A stretch of DNA of 64,000 nucleotides from Stegostoma tigrinum (Eukaryota): NCBI RefSeq assembly GCF_030684315.1, contig NC_081355.1:101666472-101730471 (forward strand), given 5' to 3'. A program made the translations under genes and the position numbers. The notes under the pieces were generated by a model that ran no database searches, was not told the origin of the DNA, and saw only the letters and a program-made list of their open reading frames with translations. How positions within the stretch are numbered: position 1 is the first letter of the stretch; the number at the start of each line of letters is the position of its first letter. This document shows, in pieces, positions 10,941 through 24,961 of the stretch.

Positions 10941-12699
10941 AGATAAATCCAAAATGCCATTAGGTAAGAAATTCCAGGAATTTTACTAGGTGACACTGAC
11001 GGTGATATGTTTCCAAGACAGGATGATGAGTGGCCTACAGTGGTAAGTGGTGATGTTCCCATATACCCAAGGCCTTTGTCCTTCTATATGTGGGTTTGAA
11101 AGGTGCTGTTGGTGAGTTTCTGTAGTGCATCTTGTAGTTGGTATACACTGTCGCTGTTATGCATTGGTTATGGAGGAAGTGAATGTGGTGTCAATGAAAT
11201 TGGTTATTCTGTGCTGGATAATATCAAATTTCTTGAGTGTTGCTGGAGCTGTGTTGGCGGTGTACTCCAGTTGACTCCTGACTTATGCCTTGTATAGTGG
11301 ACAAGCTTTGATTTCCAAAGTGAGTTGCTTGCTGCAGATTCCCTAGAGTCTTCCCTGCTGACGTAGACACTAATGACGAATCAAGTTCAGTTTCTGGCCA
11401 ATAATAACCCTCAGGACATTGATAGTGGGGAATTCAACGATGGTTATGCCATTGAATATTAGTGGATAATAATTGGATTCTCTCATTTGAGATTGTCATT
11501 ACTTGGCATTTGTCGGTCATGAATGTCTTGTGGCAATTTCCAGTCCGAACCTAGATATCGTCTAGGTCTTGCAGCATTTGCACATGGACTGAAAAGCTTC
11601 CAGAATTTATGTTTGGATATTGAATCCCTTGTCTATTCTGCCGCCATAATTTCTTCTTCCACTAGACTTTTTCTGCTTTAGAGTCTGAATTGCCCATCTC
11701 AGTGGTTTAATGCTGGCTTCACAACTTACTTGGTGTGCAACCTTTTAAATTGGACTGTAGCCTTTAATTTCTGCTATGCCTGCTTGCTCTGTCAATGACC
11801 TTCAATTTGAGCTGTACTTTATTTCTTCTGGTTTGAGGAAAACATATAAACAGCTCCAATCTTATCTTGAAATTCTTTTATTTTACCCATTGGAGGTTTG
11901 AACTTTATTTGTGAAGTCTCTAAAGTCAGTTCTTTCTCTGTCTATGATTGCTACCTGAAGCAATCCTTAGCTGTGCTGGAGTGACTAATGCTCCAGATCC
12001 AGGAACTTCTGAACATCTTCCTGCTGCAGATCTCTTATCAGTTCCGAAATGCTTTTTATCACCAGCTGTAGATTCAGCCTTAAAGAATCCTGCTATGAGG
12101 TTGTCTCGTGAATGTTTCTTGAATATTTGGCTCCTTTAGCTGCTGTCTTCATGACCTGCTGTTCAGACCCTCACCGTAGTCATGGGTTTGAATGCTGCAG
12201 CTATATACAGTCCACACTGCTTGCTGTCACATTGGTCAGTGAAAAAAAAATTCATTTTTATACCAAGTTGCACAATCACTTGGTAGATTTGTTGTCAATA
12301 TCCTCCTTAGTGGTAGGATCTACTGGACCTGTTTGGTCTAATGTGGTAGGGAGAAACCATTTGGTAGTCTAAAATGAAGAGGGCTCGTCTCAAAAAAAAT
12401 ATAGCTACTATCATGTATTGAACTATGTACAAGTTACATTAACATAATGGTCACCATAAAGAGGTCTATGAGGAAGGCACAGGAGGTAGGTCTTACTCCT
12501 TTGGGATCTTAAACTTTTCTCCTCACCAAGGTCAAGTGACATTACCATATTTGACAATGCTTAATGTGCTCTTCAACACTGACCCTTTCAAATCCATTTT
12601 ACAGCAGACAGCTGGAAGATATTAAAGGACTAGTCAGGTGGGTGGAACAGTAGCAAATGCTTTTCAAACTGGAGAAGTTTGCAATATTTTGGGGTGGTC

Positions 12700-15600
12700 A
12701 TTAAGGTAATAAGAGAGATCCAGGAAGCTGCAGTTCTGGCAGATACCTAAGATTCCTTTTAAAGATGTTACACGGAAATCCACAAGGAAATCAGTGAAAC
12801 AGTGTGTGGGTGGATGAGGTACTAGTTTTAGTAAAGAAACAGAAGGGTACCAAAGAATTGAAGGAGAAAGGATAGAACCAAACAGTGATATAAATAAGAT
12901 GCTTCATCGTAATGTGTTACAGGACAGACTAAACCCCCTTCAAATATGTCAAGGAGACAGGCTAGGCCCTAACTTTTTCTTATTTAAAGACAAGTGTAAG
13001 GTGCTGTGTTCCAGATGTAATTCAACTGGTTACACCACTTGGCTTTAAGCAAAACACACTTTATTCCTACTCTACAGTTAAAATACAAAGAAAAGAAAGG
13101 AGAATTGGTCTAATTCTAACTCTATTGGAAAACTTGACAGAATAATAGATTATTTAACTAAACAGCACTATTCCAATATAGTAACGTCCCATAAACACAC
13201 AGTTGGCAAAGGTAAATCCCATAAATAGATAGTCTCACAAACAATGTTTTTCCAGTCCAGGAGTAAAAAGCATCAAGAGAAAATTCTGGCAGAGAGAGAG
13301 AGAGAGAGAAAGAAAGAACTCGAACATTTTGCCGTAGAAGGGAGATGCAAGGCCTCACAAGCTATTTACTTTATTGGCTTGAAACAGATCACTTGTCACA
13401 TCTATCTTGACCTCACCTCACAAAAAAATACCAGGACAAAATACACCTCTTAAAGCCAATAGTTTCGTCACATAAGGCTGACATATCAAAGCTAACTGTT
13501 GCAAGTAAACAGGAGACTGATTAATACAATAACAATGTTCAAGGAATCCACAGAACAGCCAACAAGAATGTGAATAGGTACTAAAACTAGCTATTGTACC
13601 AAGAGAATGTGTTTCCTGAGAAGCTACGAAGGGAAGTGATAAGTCTGGACAGGGTAGAAAATTCTGAACTGATAGAAAAAATCAAATCACCTGGAGGTTT
13701 GAATATTTTCTCTCAAAAGGAGGTATTTCCTTATGTTTTAAATCAAGGAGATAAACCCATAAAAAGAGAAACAACCAGGTTGGTCACTGATGCTGACTGA
13801 TTCAAAAATAAAGGTCTCACTGAGGCTAGTGAAACAGCTAGTGGAGATAAAAGAAATGAAGATGTGACAAGAGGAACATTCTGGACTGTTTCTTCACTTT
13901 GCTGTGCCTAGATCGCACAACCATAGAATTGAACAGACAAATAATCTGTGAAACAGGGAGATAACCTGGAACATCAGAAACTGCCGTAATTTCTGAAGTT
14001 TTGACTACAAAAGTAAATAAGGCTAACAGTTCAGCCCATCTTTCTAACAGAAGTGTAACAAATAGATTCTAAATTGAAAGAGTTTTGTCAAACAACCCAT
14101 ACAAAAATAAAATCAAAGCCAATACTCCAGCATTATTATTTGCGAGACAAAAGTACTACTGAGGAACTGAAGAACACATCAAATATCAGCTGAGGATGAA
14201 TGGGATGTAGTCCATCAGGTGCTAATCACGTCAGAAAAGAGAGACAAAAATTCACAAGCATTCATGAAATTTCAACAGTAAGTATTAGAAAAAGACAAAC
14301 GTAAATACTAAACCAGTTCTATCGGTCAGAATTACATAAAGTCATGGTCAAACTTTGTTAGGCATGTCATGAGTGTCAGATATGAAGAAATCCCAGCCAA
14401 CAATCCAGCCTGTGCCTCTAATTGCAATATCAACTTTTGAAAAACTGGTTAGCAGGATTAATAGCTTGTGTAAGACTCTTACTTAAAACCAGAAATGGGA
14501 ATCAGTACTCTCAAACTATTACAGGTATTTCAATAGGATTTCCTAAAGTAGTGCCATGAGAGAAAATACTGCAAAAATGATAGTGGAAAAGTTAGTTTAT
14601 TTTTTTTAAAGATACAGATTGCCCAAGGAAATACAATCAGATCAAGGTTAAAACAGTGTCACAAATACTTCAAATGAGAATAAGAAATAATGAATAGTTT
14701 GGAACCAAAACAATTTACATCTTCACTTATCATTTACAATCTCAAAGAATCCTGGAAAAGTAGCATCACAGTTTGAAGACCATAACTACAGAATATTGTC
14801 AGCCATATCCTAATAAATGGGATAAACATTACCATTGTTACTCTTTGTCATTAGGAACACTCCTGATGAGCTTGTAGGATTCTATCCCTTTCAACTGATA
14901 TCTGGACGTTAGGTCAGAGGATCAGTGAATTGATTAAAGAAAACTTGATAAACCAATTAGATCGGCCAAAAATTGTTTGAAGAGTACTCAACTAACAATG
15001 AAAAGTAAAGCAGATAAAATGGTACAGGTAGAAATTCTGTGGCTGGAGAAAAATTGTCAACATTACACAAATTTCAGGAGAAACATTTTATGCAAGGTTC
15101 ACTGGATTTCATCAAAAGGAAACACAATTATTTATGTAAACAGTATCCCCGTCAAGAGGAGAAAAATGAGCAAGTGTATCATGTTAACACATTAACTATA
15201 CTGAGAGTGCACAGTCAGTACAAAAGTGTTTACAGTAGTAAGTTAAAAATCTTAGAGCAACTGGAGAAAGAATGAAAGATTCAAAAAGTTGATCCTTCAA
15301 TCAGATTGGCAAATATGGAGGTGTTTAAAAAGTTTAGAAAGCATGATACTTCATTTTACAGAAAACTACTTAAGTAACATATGAAAGCTATTACATATAT
15401 TGATTCATCTAAATAGGCCAGGAGCACGGACTTTCCCTTTACGTGAGGTTCAAGCGGGAACTGCAAAACACAAGAAACAACCACTCTCAAGATTCAACTT
15501 TGAGAAATTAGGAGAGAGATAAAGTTCAGTAAATGACAATTACATTTAATGGAGTCATAGTAGCTGGACGTCAACTAACACTATCGTGCTGAAACCAGGT

Positions 15601-15830
15601 GGGTCACAAGTTAACGTGGTAAGAAAACCAGGCTTGTATTCTATTCCAAGATTGTAAGACATGCATCGAAAAAATTAGACATGCATGATTTATCATCATG
15701 ATGCCATTCAAACAGTCTACTGATGCACCCAAAATTGGTGTGGCTAGCACTTTAGAACAAGATGAAATGGGAACCCAATAGCCTGCCACATTTTAAAATA
15801 ATCTGAAGACTTGTCAGGTGGTGATAGAAA
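12700..15830 (+). mobile_element. Degraded Gypsy LTR retrotransposon, Gmr1-like domain order gag-INT-RT-RNaseH
   Basis: CCHC knuckle split at 12900/13475; integrase (C..CQ, LPKEIQSDQG at about 14620-14648, WDK.LPLLLF.IR) at 14280-14940; GPY/F-like region about 15090-15190; RT start (KPGG, YSIPR) about 15560-15690; RNaseH TDA at about 15720. Confidence 0.8.
12915..13472 (-). mobile_element. Solo LTR (558 bp) inserted in the Gypsy gag zinc knuckle
   Basis: TGTTAC...GTCACA termini; flanks TAATG/TAAGG (5-bp TSD, 1 mismatch); AATAAA on minus near 13060; internal (AG)n. Confidence 0.75.
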
Positions 15831-18800
15831 CAGCCTCAAAATGTGGAAAACAGGAGCTGAAATAGACCATTCAGTCCTTCAATTCTGTTCTACTATTCAA
15901 TATGATCAGGGCTCATCCTCTAATGCCACATTCCCACTTTCTTTCCGTACCCCTTGATGGCTTTATTATTTAAAAATACGTTAATCTTTTTCTTGCATAC
16001 TCAGTGACCAAGCCTCTAAAGTCTTCCGTAAGGTAGTGAATTCCACAGTTGTTCATCCTTTGACTGAATAAATGTTTCTTCATCTCAATCCTAAATGGCT
16101 CACCCCATATCCCGAGACTTCTGGTTCTAGATTCATCAACCAGTAAAAAAATGTCCCCTGCATCTAAATATCAAACACAGTAGACCTATTTTCTCCTTTT
16201 CATACCTTCATTTGCAACCCTTTTTACAACTTCATTTTCCTTTCACTACCTCTGGCAAACACTTTAAATCTGAGAACTTTCACAATTTGTTCCACTTGCT
16301 CATCCTCTCCTTCTGTCTATAGCATTAAAAAAAAACACAATTTTACAACACCTTTCAGTTGTGAAGAGTTATACAAGACTCCGAAAGCTAACTTTTTTTC
16401 TCAATCACAGATGCTGCCAAATGTGGCGAGTTTCTCTAGCACTTTTTATAACTACAAACCTCCTATTGTGTTAATGGAAAGGCTTTTATATTGTGGCATT
16501 TATCACAGTAGAGAGTGACCACATAAGACCATTAGATGTGTTTTCTATTCAGTGGTAGAAATTAACACAGAGACACAGCTAAGGTAGCGTTCTAATCAAA
16601 GGGTGTGCCGGAGCAGAGAGGCGTGGGTGTAAATGTGCACTAAGGTATTAAAGGTGCCAGGACACACGGAGGCAACTGTTAATAGTGGCATAGAATACAA
16701 TAGCAAGCAAGTTATGCTGAACTTGTGTATCGTACTAACTGGACTTCAGCTGTGTGCATTTCAGGTCGCCACTCTTTAGAAAGGATATGAATGTATTGGA
16801 GAGAGAGCAGGAGAATTTTAGAAAAATGGTTCCAGGGTGATTTTAGACTTCACTACCTCAATGAGCTCTTAGTATTTATTTCTGTCGCACAAATAATTTC
16901 TGCAGCCATCTTCCATAAGATCCTAAAGCAAGTGAAGACCTTATAGATCCCTCTAGTTACAGTTGTAGTCCTAGAAATCAATTTTCAGTTCTAAGGGCCA
17001 CACTGAGATGTTCAAAGTAACCTTTGGAAACTCGGGAGTGCACATTACATTTGCCGCTGGAAAATACACAGATTCAGGTCTTGCAATTTTGGATTTGTGT
17101 TCTTACTTACTAAATGTATGAATTAGCAGGCTGAGTCTTATGGGCATGAAAATTGGGCCTACCTTTACACTCAATACACTCTGATGTCCCATACATATCC
17201 AGCCTCACCCAATTCTAATCCTCATCTTACAGTTTAGTCAAACATAAAGCTTTCTCATTCATGAGAAAGCAACTCCTTTTCCATTTACAGCAGAATCCAT
17301 ATTATGAAATACACAGAACAGTAGATTCAAATCAGCATCCCTTCACTCCTTCAATAGTGAGCATTGTCAAAGGTACTGTATGTGGGTGAAAAATATCTCC
17401 TGGTCATCTTCTGCTCTTCAGTAACATTCAAAATTCGGTTCTGCAGTCTCTGTCAACAGACAAACTAGTTGGCCACAAACAATAACTGTATTTCAGTGTT
17501 CTAGCACTTTAGGAAGTCCTGTGGCTGTAACCAGCACTATATTAATGTGTACTCTGTCTCTCTTTCCGTTAACTTCCCAAATTAATTTTGCAGAGAGAAA
17601 CTTTTTCATAAAGATCTCTTCTCACAAAAAATGCTATAACCATGCAGCTCACAGGAATAAATTGCACTTCAAACACATTTAATACAGAAAAGGGTGTTTA
17701 CTTGGATTTTTAGCATTGTTGAAGTCCAAAATAAATGAGAAACTGGTGCTGGTAATAAATTCTCATTAGTAGCAAAAATCACCTTCCTGCCAAACAGGTT
17801 TTTTTTAACAGTTGTCCTTTTATTAGTATTTTTAGTATATAATCTTGAAGTTTTCTACGACTTTGAGCAGAAGTTCTGGCTGTCAGCAAAGTCTGTCAAT
17901 GAATGAGAATGGCAGAATGCAACAGTAAATTGTTTGTTTGCATTCTTGCCCTGTTGTGATACTAAAATGGAGCACGGCCATGAAAATGTCATTGAGCAAT
18001 AATGGAAAAAAAAGTCATATTAAAGCTTGCTGCCATTTAGTTATATGATTAGAGTACGCAATTATTGAATGATTATACTGACATGAATTATGGCTCAAAG
18101 ATAATTAAAAATCTATTTTAATTATACTTTCTACGAGCAGCCATTCAAACCTGCTTCAAAATTCCAGCAGTTTCCAATACACAGGTTTTCTAAAGGAGCA
18201 CATTAAAAACATTCAAATCAATGGAAAAATATTTCCCATTTGACTGCAGGTTAATAGGTTCTACAGTTCTACAAACCATATTCACGCAACATACAATTTG
18301 GCTGCTTGGAATTCCATTCTAAATTGTAAATACTATTAAGTGATCCTCATAAAACAACTGGAAATAACGCTGCTCAAATTTATTGCCTGCTTTCTCTTAC
18401 ATTGCTGCAGATAATTACAGAATTGAAGAAACTGAAATAATGCACACAAACATTCTTTTATTTAGGTAAAATAAGCATTAATGTTTGACAGATTACATTG
18501 CCCGTAATATGTTGATACAATGCTTAAACAGTTTTCTGTAACGGAAACTAACATATGTAACAATTTCAAAAGATAAACCTCAACTTTAAAACTGTCAGGT
18601 TTATGGTTAAACCCCCAATGGTGTCACCAAAGCACCACTTCTGACATTTTTGTACATTTGCTTCTAACTTCACCCTATCAACTTTAGTCAATGTCAATAA
18701 CCAAAGGCATGCTCTGAATTCATTTCATTAAATTGACCACCCCCTTCAAGGCCCTCTTTAAAATCTACTTCTCTGATCAACCTTATGGTTCCTTTTTTGT

Positions 18801-20149
18801 CCGAGCATACATTTTCCCTTATACTTGTGTGAAGTGCCTTAAGACATTCTTTTCAAGGCTACAAGCCCGATAGAAATGCAAAGTTGAAGTGCAACACTGC
18901 ACAACAAAAATAGCCTGCTTATTAAAATTCATGTTCTAACTAATTATACATTTCTAATTGCATCATCAAATATTACTAACCGGTTAATAATTAGCATAGA
19001 TCAATGCAAACACTGGTATATACACAGGAATGAACTGGAGAAATGTGAACAACGTACTGATGGCAACACAGACACTGAAGAGGAACTTTCCCCAACTTCT
19101 TTGTTGAATTCTCTGATTTTAACTGACTATTACACATTTATTTCTCAATTATGTGAGCAAAATCTAACCAATTTGATCCATAATTTTCCATCTATAAGCT
19201 CATTGCCCTTTGTTCCAACCTGGTTTCCAGGTAAGAAAGAATAACCCTCAAACATACTTTCAACTTTCCATCCTTAAAACCCTGTTTACGAAATTTTCAT
19301 TTGTTACATCCAATGTTGACATCTCTGAAAGACATTTAGTTAGAGAGTTTCATTCCCATTTAAAAATACTGTAGACTTGAATTCAGACCTATAGTTAGAT
19401 GGAAAAATTAGGGTCTATTTTCAAAGGCAGTACTATTAAACTTAACCATTTTAAATAAAAATTACATCTTCAACTAATTTTACAAATAAGGTAATAAATT
19501 GCAAAGTTTTAATGCAGTCCCTGAGCTTTATAAATTATCGATAACCAGAACTACTACCAAGCCATTTTGAATTTCTACTTTACAGAGCAAATCATAGATG
19601 GAAAAACATTTTACAGCATGCAATTTGTGAAGTTGTGCATAACATTCACTTTAGCAAAGCTAGTGTATTTTACTATTTTGATGATAATATGGTATTCTTG
19701 AAGGCAATGTCCTTCAAATAAATAAAATAATTTTGAAGTAAAAACAGGAAGCAAGTTGCTCCAAAATTTACTAAGCCAATTCTGTGACTGGTGGGATTCA
19801 CTCTGAAATCGTCACTCAAAAGCACGGGGAAAAGAATATTCAAAAAGCATGTGCTCCAAATTCATTTGACATTGGAGTAATAAACAATTTAAATTCATCT
19901 CAAGACCTTACAAAAAGGTACAAAGTTGCATCAAATCTTTCAGTTCAGAAACTCTGAAAAAGGGGGCCTGGAATTCAAACTTCAGGAGAGCAGTGTCTGC
20001 CTGCAATTAATTTGAAATGTAAAATAAACACTATCTTTGCTTCCAAAACCATGAAATGGAGCTTTCTAAATAATGCAAGTAAATTTAAGGCAAGGGTCTA
20101 TTTTGTCCTTCCTTAGACAAGAAAAATTGTATTCCTATTTGTTGTATGG

Positions 20150-22330
20150 GCAAGCTTTAACAACTTCTTTCCCTAAACTGAAAGCAACTACAGGTCAAAA
20201 GACTACAGAAAGTCAGAATACAATGTATTTCACAATGTATCCCTCATAAAAAAACAACCAAAAAGAATTACATGTACTATCACCTACATTTCCAAGTTAC
20301 ATGTTGGATGAAGAGTGCAATCACTTGTGAACAAGAACTTTGTTTCTTCTTCCATATCACTTTCATAATCCTTACAGCATTCAAACCCTAAGTGTTACAT
20401 AAGAGTTTTGTTCGTTATTTATCCAGCTGTTGCTCATTCCTGGGATGATGCTCCTTCCTCAGCTCAAGGGAATGCTGTTCCGTTTATATCACTGCCTAGG
20501 ATGTGAAAGTCACAGACTCGTCCAGATACTCATCCGGAACAGCAGAAATGACAAACATGCATAACAACCTGAAACTCCCAAACGACACCCAAAGAAAACT
20601 GATGTAACATACATACTCACAAACCATTCAGCCTTCGCATCTAGGGGAAACACTTTTTGCCTTGGGAATTAGGGTTACCATGGCGTAGTGAAATCTCCTT
20701 AAAGTATTACTAAGATACTTTCAATGTATTCACACACACAACTTTCCAGGTTTTTCCACTACCACCATGCTGCCAGTCCTGGCAGGAGTTGTCATAACCA
20801 TCATTAATCTTTTCTTTACCAGTTCCACTTTCCTGTCTTTCAGACCTGACTTGAAGACAGCTAGAATTCTTCCCACTGAGTGAGTATCGAACCTTCATCT
20901 ACTTCAGGTAATATTCTCCACGTCGACTAAGAAGGCCAATAAAAGTATCCTTGTTATATTTTAGAATCTGTTCAACAGTCAAAGGTTTGGAACACTGTAG
21001 AATCTTACAAATTTCTTCCATTAAGTGAAGGCTACCAGCCTAACCTTTCAATTTAAAGTCTACTAATTAGAACTGCAAATTTTCATTCTTCTCATTGCAC
21101 TATTATTGCAGTTTTGTTTGTCCTCTTGGGATGAGCAATGTTCCATCATACAATTTCAACTTTACCTTCAATGGGTTCATTTTTAGGTTAGCATCTTGAA
21201 TACTTTGCACAGGTCTCTGAAGCTCATGATGATTCACAGCACTGCTGCCCATTTGTCACTTCACATTCACTTTATTCTTACCATCTGCAGTCATGTTCCA
21301 GCAGTCTCAAACCAGTTAGCACCTTTAGGTGGGACAGTGCCAATCTATTTGACATTGTAGAGTGATTCAGACATCTGACATCTCTCTGGTAGCGAAATTT
21401 ATAGGCTTGCTTTGCTTCACTCCAGCAAAAATCACACTCACCAAACCAAGTGATTAGCTCCTTGTAGTTAAAAAAAAAACTTCCCTATGCTGGGCATTCT
21501 TCTTTTCCTTTCACATGATTCTCTGCAACACTTCTGCTGGAAATATTTCTTCCTTTTTTCCATTTTGTAGTTAATTCTACTGTTAAGTCTGGACCGTTTC
21601 AGAGCATAACACAAAAATTCATCAATTCTCCCATTACTACTCTCCAACTGATGGATAAACAACCTCAGAGCTTCTGCATATGTAAGTGTTCTTAGAGTCA
21701 GTTTCTCTTCTCTCAACAGACCTGCTATCATGGCATCTTTAATGAGGTCATCCTTCAGTCACCTACAATCTCACAGTCCAGCTAGACATCCCCATGCTGT
21801 CATAATCTGATCGATATTTCCACATCCCCTCTCCTTATGGTCTGCTGTGAAGCATGCACCATTCACAAATAACTGGAAGATTAGCTCAAAATGTGTATTT
21901 AAGGCTCTCAAGATTTCTCCAGATTGTCTTTTCCATTCAGGTTTAGTGTATAATACAGCTTGTAGCACTGTTTCCTATCAGTAATAACAGAATCACTACT
22001 TTTGTTTTCTGTTCAACTTTGTAGCTATCTCATTTTTACCATGAGACAGGAAGTAGTTCCAAATCTTTCTCATGTCATTTTTCAGCTTCACTGGAGTAGG
22101 AACTGAAAAATTCAAAGCCATCCTGACTCATTCAGTAGTACAAAGCTGCAGACTGAAGTTCTAATTACTCCTGGTTTCTTATTAGCTGTCTTACAGTTCT
22201 AAAGTCTACGATTTTAGATGTTTACCTCTCAGATTTGAATGGCTCTTTTCCTAAACTGAAAACAACTACAACAAAAGTCACATTGTTACAGCAAGTCACA
22301 GTGTTCCAATGCATTCTTCCAATCACTGCC
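20150..22330 (-). mobile_element. Degraded Gypsy LTR retrotransposon (gag-containing)
   Basis: gag from ATG at 22121 (MALNFSVPTPVKL...RKQCYKLYYTLNL...ILRALNTHFE...DDLIKDAMIAGLLREEKLTL); diverged direct repeats at about 20165-20245 and 22245-22320. Confidence 0.7.
20393..20609 (-). mobile_element. Short LTR-like element (217 bp)
   Basis: Perfect 8-bp terminal inverted repeat TGTTACAT...ATGTAACA; GATATAAA TATA-like and ATAAATAA on minus; no clear TSD. Confidence 0.5.
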
Positions 22331-24955
22331 TAATCAGCCTGTGGTTTTCAGCCTTTTCACATGAAAAGGCTAAACTAATGATGCTCACCATCATATAACT
22401 GGAAGCCAGTAACTTCACCAAACCTATACTTATTTAGACATAAACAAAACAATTAATTTGGTACATATTGGGGCAGCAGTAAAGGCAAAGGAAAATAAGT
22501 ACTTTGAAAGTGAAACAAAAACAGAAATTGCTGGAAAAACTCAGCAGGCTTAGCAGCATCTTTGGGAATGAGGCAGAGTTAACGTTTTGAGTCCAGTAAT
22601 TCTCCAGCAGAATTGATGTTTCTCCAGCCATTTCTAATTATCTTTATGTTTGCAAGTGAAACTGTCTCTATACCCCGCCTCCAACTCTTGATATATTCCA
22701 TACGATCATTTCTGTAAAGAATCGATGCCTGATGAAATAGCACGTGTTGAGTTTGGGTAAAGACAGAATTAGCTGCATCAGAAGCTAGTTAAGTAGCCTG
22801 GTCACACTCAATTTATCTAATCTCACATAAGAAACAGTCACTTAGGTGAGGTGGAAGGGAAGAACTTGAAGAAGTGACCAGAGACAGTAGTCTTATTTGA
22901 TAAACCAGTAGAATTTTCAACCAACTCCTTCACTCAAATTATCTATGTACAGAAGTACAAAGTTGTAAAATTCTTTTTCTCTCCAGAAACTGTCAGATAA
23001 TGGCAAACTATTGATTATGTACTGTCAGGAGTGGTTAAGAACATTACCCTTTAATGTAATGTCATCCAGCAGTAACAAACTACTTAGTCATGCACACTCA
23101 ATCGTAATTACTGAAACACGTGAATTCGTGTAAAGACTAGAATAATAGAAACTTTAGCACAGATAAAACTCATTGAGTCCACCGTACCTGTCGGATACTA
23201 GCTCCTCTTCAGATCTACTTATCTGGAGCATTTTCCACTAAACAAATTATTCATTTGGTTCCTTGTGTGCCAATTCAACTTGAAACTCTGGCCAAAACCT
23301 AAATGTTCTTCCTTCCTTTTATACCCTTTTTCATTTTCAAGTACTCATCTAATTATTTCTTAAAATGGTACAACTGGTTCAGCTTTAATATATTCCAAAA
23401 CCTAATATACCTTTCCCTGGAGACAACTTGTATTTATGTAACACCTTTCCCATCTCAGTACCACCCAAAAGTCTTTAGAGCCAGTTAAATACTTTTGAAG
23501 TGTCATCCCTAGTTAAAAATTGGGAAATAAAAAGTTCCCTTTATGCCCGCAGCCATAGGAGACAATGTTGGATTAGCACTGATTTACTTGGAGGCTTCCC
23601 CAGGTATAAATTTAGGGCAGACCATTATAATTATCAATGGTCAGAAAAGTGTACAGCGTCTGCCAAGGTTTTAACACAGGAGAAATTAGCCATTTAGAAT
23701 ATTGAACCTACTGTATAATTCAAATGAGATCTCAACTGGTCATCTATTTCGACCTCGCTTTCCATGATATGGATACATCTCCTGCCGCGAGTCTGCAGAA
23801 ACCTATCATCACTGTTTTGAACCTCAATGACTGAATATTTCTACAGCTTGAGGTGGAGAATACCAAAAATTCACACCAAGTGAAAAAAATTCCATTTCAT
23901 CTCAATCTGAAATAACCTACACCTTTCTGAGACTATCCTCAATTCTAATCCCAGTAGCCATAAGAAATATCCCATCTACAACCATGCAGTCATGTCCTGT
24001 AAAAATGCAATAATTTTCAAAGAGATCTCCTTTCATTTTGCAAAACACAGACCTAGTTTTGTCAAAGCCTCTTCATAAAATAATCCCATTCTCCCAGGGA
24101 TTATTCTGGGTGAACGTCCATTAGATTCCTGCTATGGCAAGTATATCCTTCGAGTGCTAAGTATACAATGCTTCAGGTGTGGGTTACTAAAGCTAAACAC
24201 AACTGATTCACAATATGCAAGGATTTAGTAGCTTGTTACAAAGGACATCGAGGCTCCTTTGTACACAAACACTTGCCAATCTTTCACTATTTAAGAAAAA
24301 TGCTTTAGTTCTGTTTTATCCTCTGAAGATATGCACTCAACTCTCCACCAACAGCTCAAAATATAAACTTATTCTAATTTAATGCCACACACCTTTGGAA
24401 AACTTTGTACATTTCTCCTGCATTCCCCATTAGCCTTTTGGCAACAGGAAATATGGTTTCAAGACTAAGAATCTCACAGCACTGAAGAAAGCTATTTGGT
24501 TCACTGTGCTTGGCTGGCTGCGAGGCAGTAATGCAATTAATTCCAAACTTTCCCTTCAGGTTTCCAAGTTTCTCCCGTCATAATGATTCTTCTATCATCC
24601 AAGTGATGTCACATTTGCCATGGGCCACAGTACTTTCTTCCTGCAATAGGGCCTCAGTTTGCCCATACTGTGTTCTAATCTGTACCATTATTCTAGATTT
24701 ACGCAAAAATATATTGCTTCACTATTGAATGCATATGCACTTGCTTTTTTCCCCAATCCCATCATTTTATCGTAGGTTCAAAATCACACTATAGGATAAG
24801 AATATTAGCAGTTCTACAACTAGTAATAAGTAATAAAAAAGAATATGATTGAGGATCAGTCATCTTACACACAAATTTGTAATCTATTTAGGAGGAGGTA
24901 AAACATGAAAACCTTTAAGTATTGCTGTTTTGAAAAATCCTGCTTACTGGTGCAT

Positions 24956-24961
24956 TTTATT
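24956..24961 (-). promoter_or_regulatory. Candidate polyadenylation signal of the VOPP1-like gene (3' UTR about 1.46 kb)
   Basis: AATAAA on minus at the distal end of an AT-rich, repeat-free block following the stop at 26414. Confidence 0.5.

Noticed and set aside
20621-20640. 20-nt micro-exon-like segment (ccctag...gtgagt) on minus
   Set aside because: Embedded in the Gypsy relic downstream of the VOPP1 stop; probably chance
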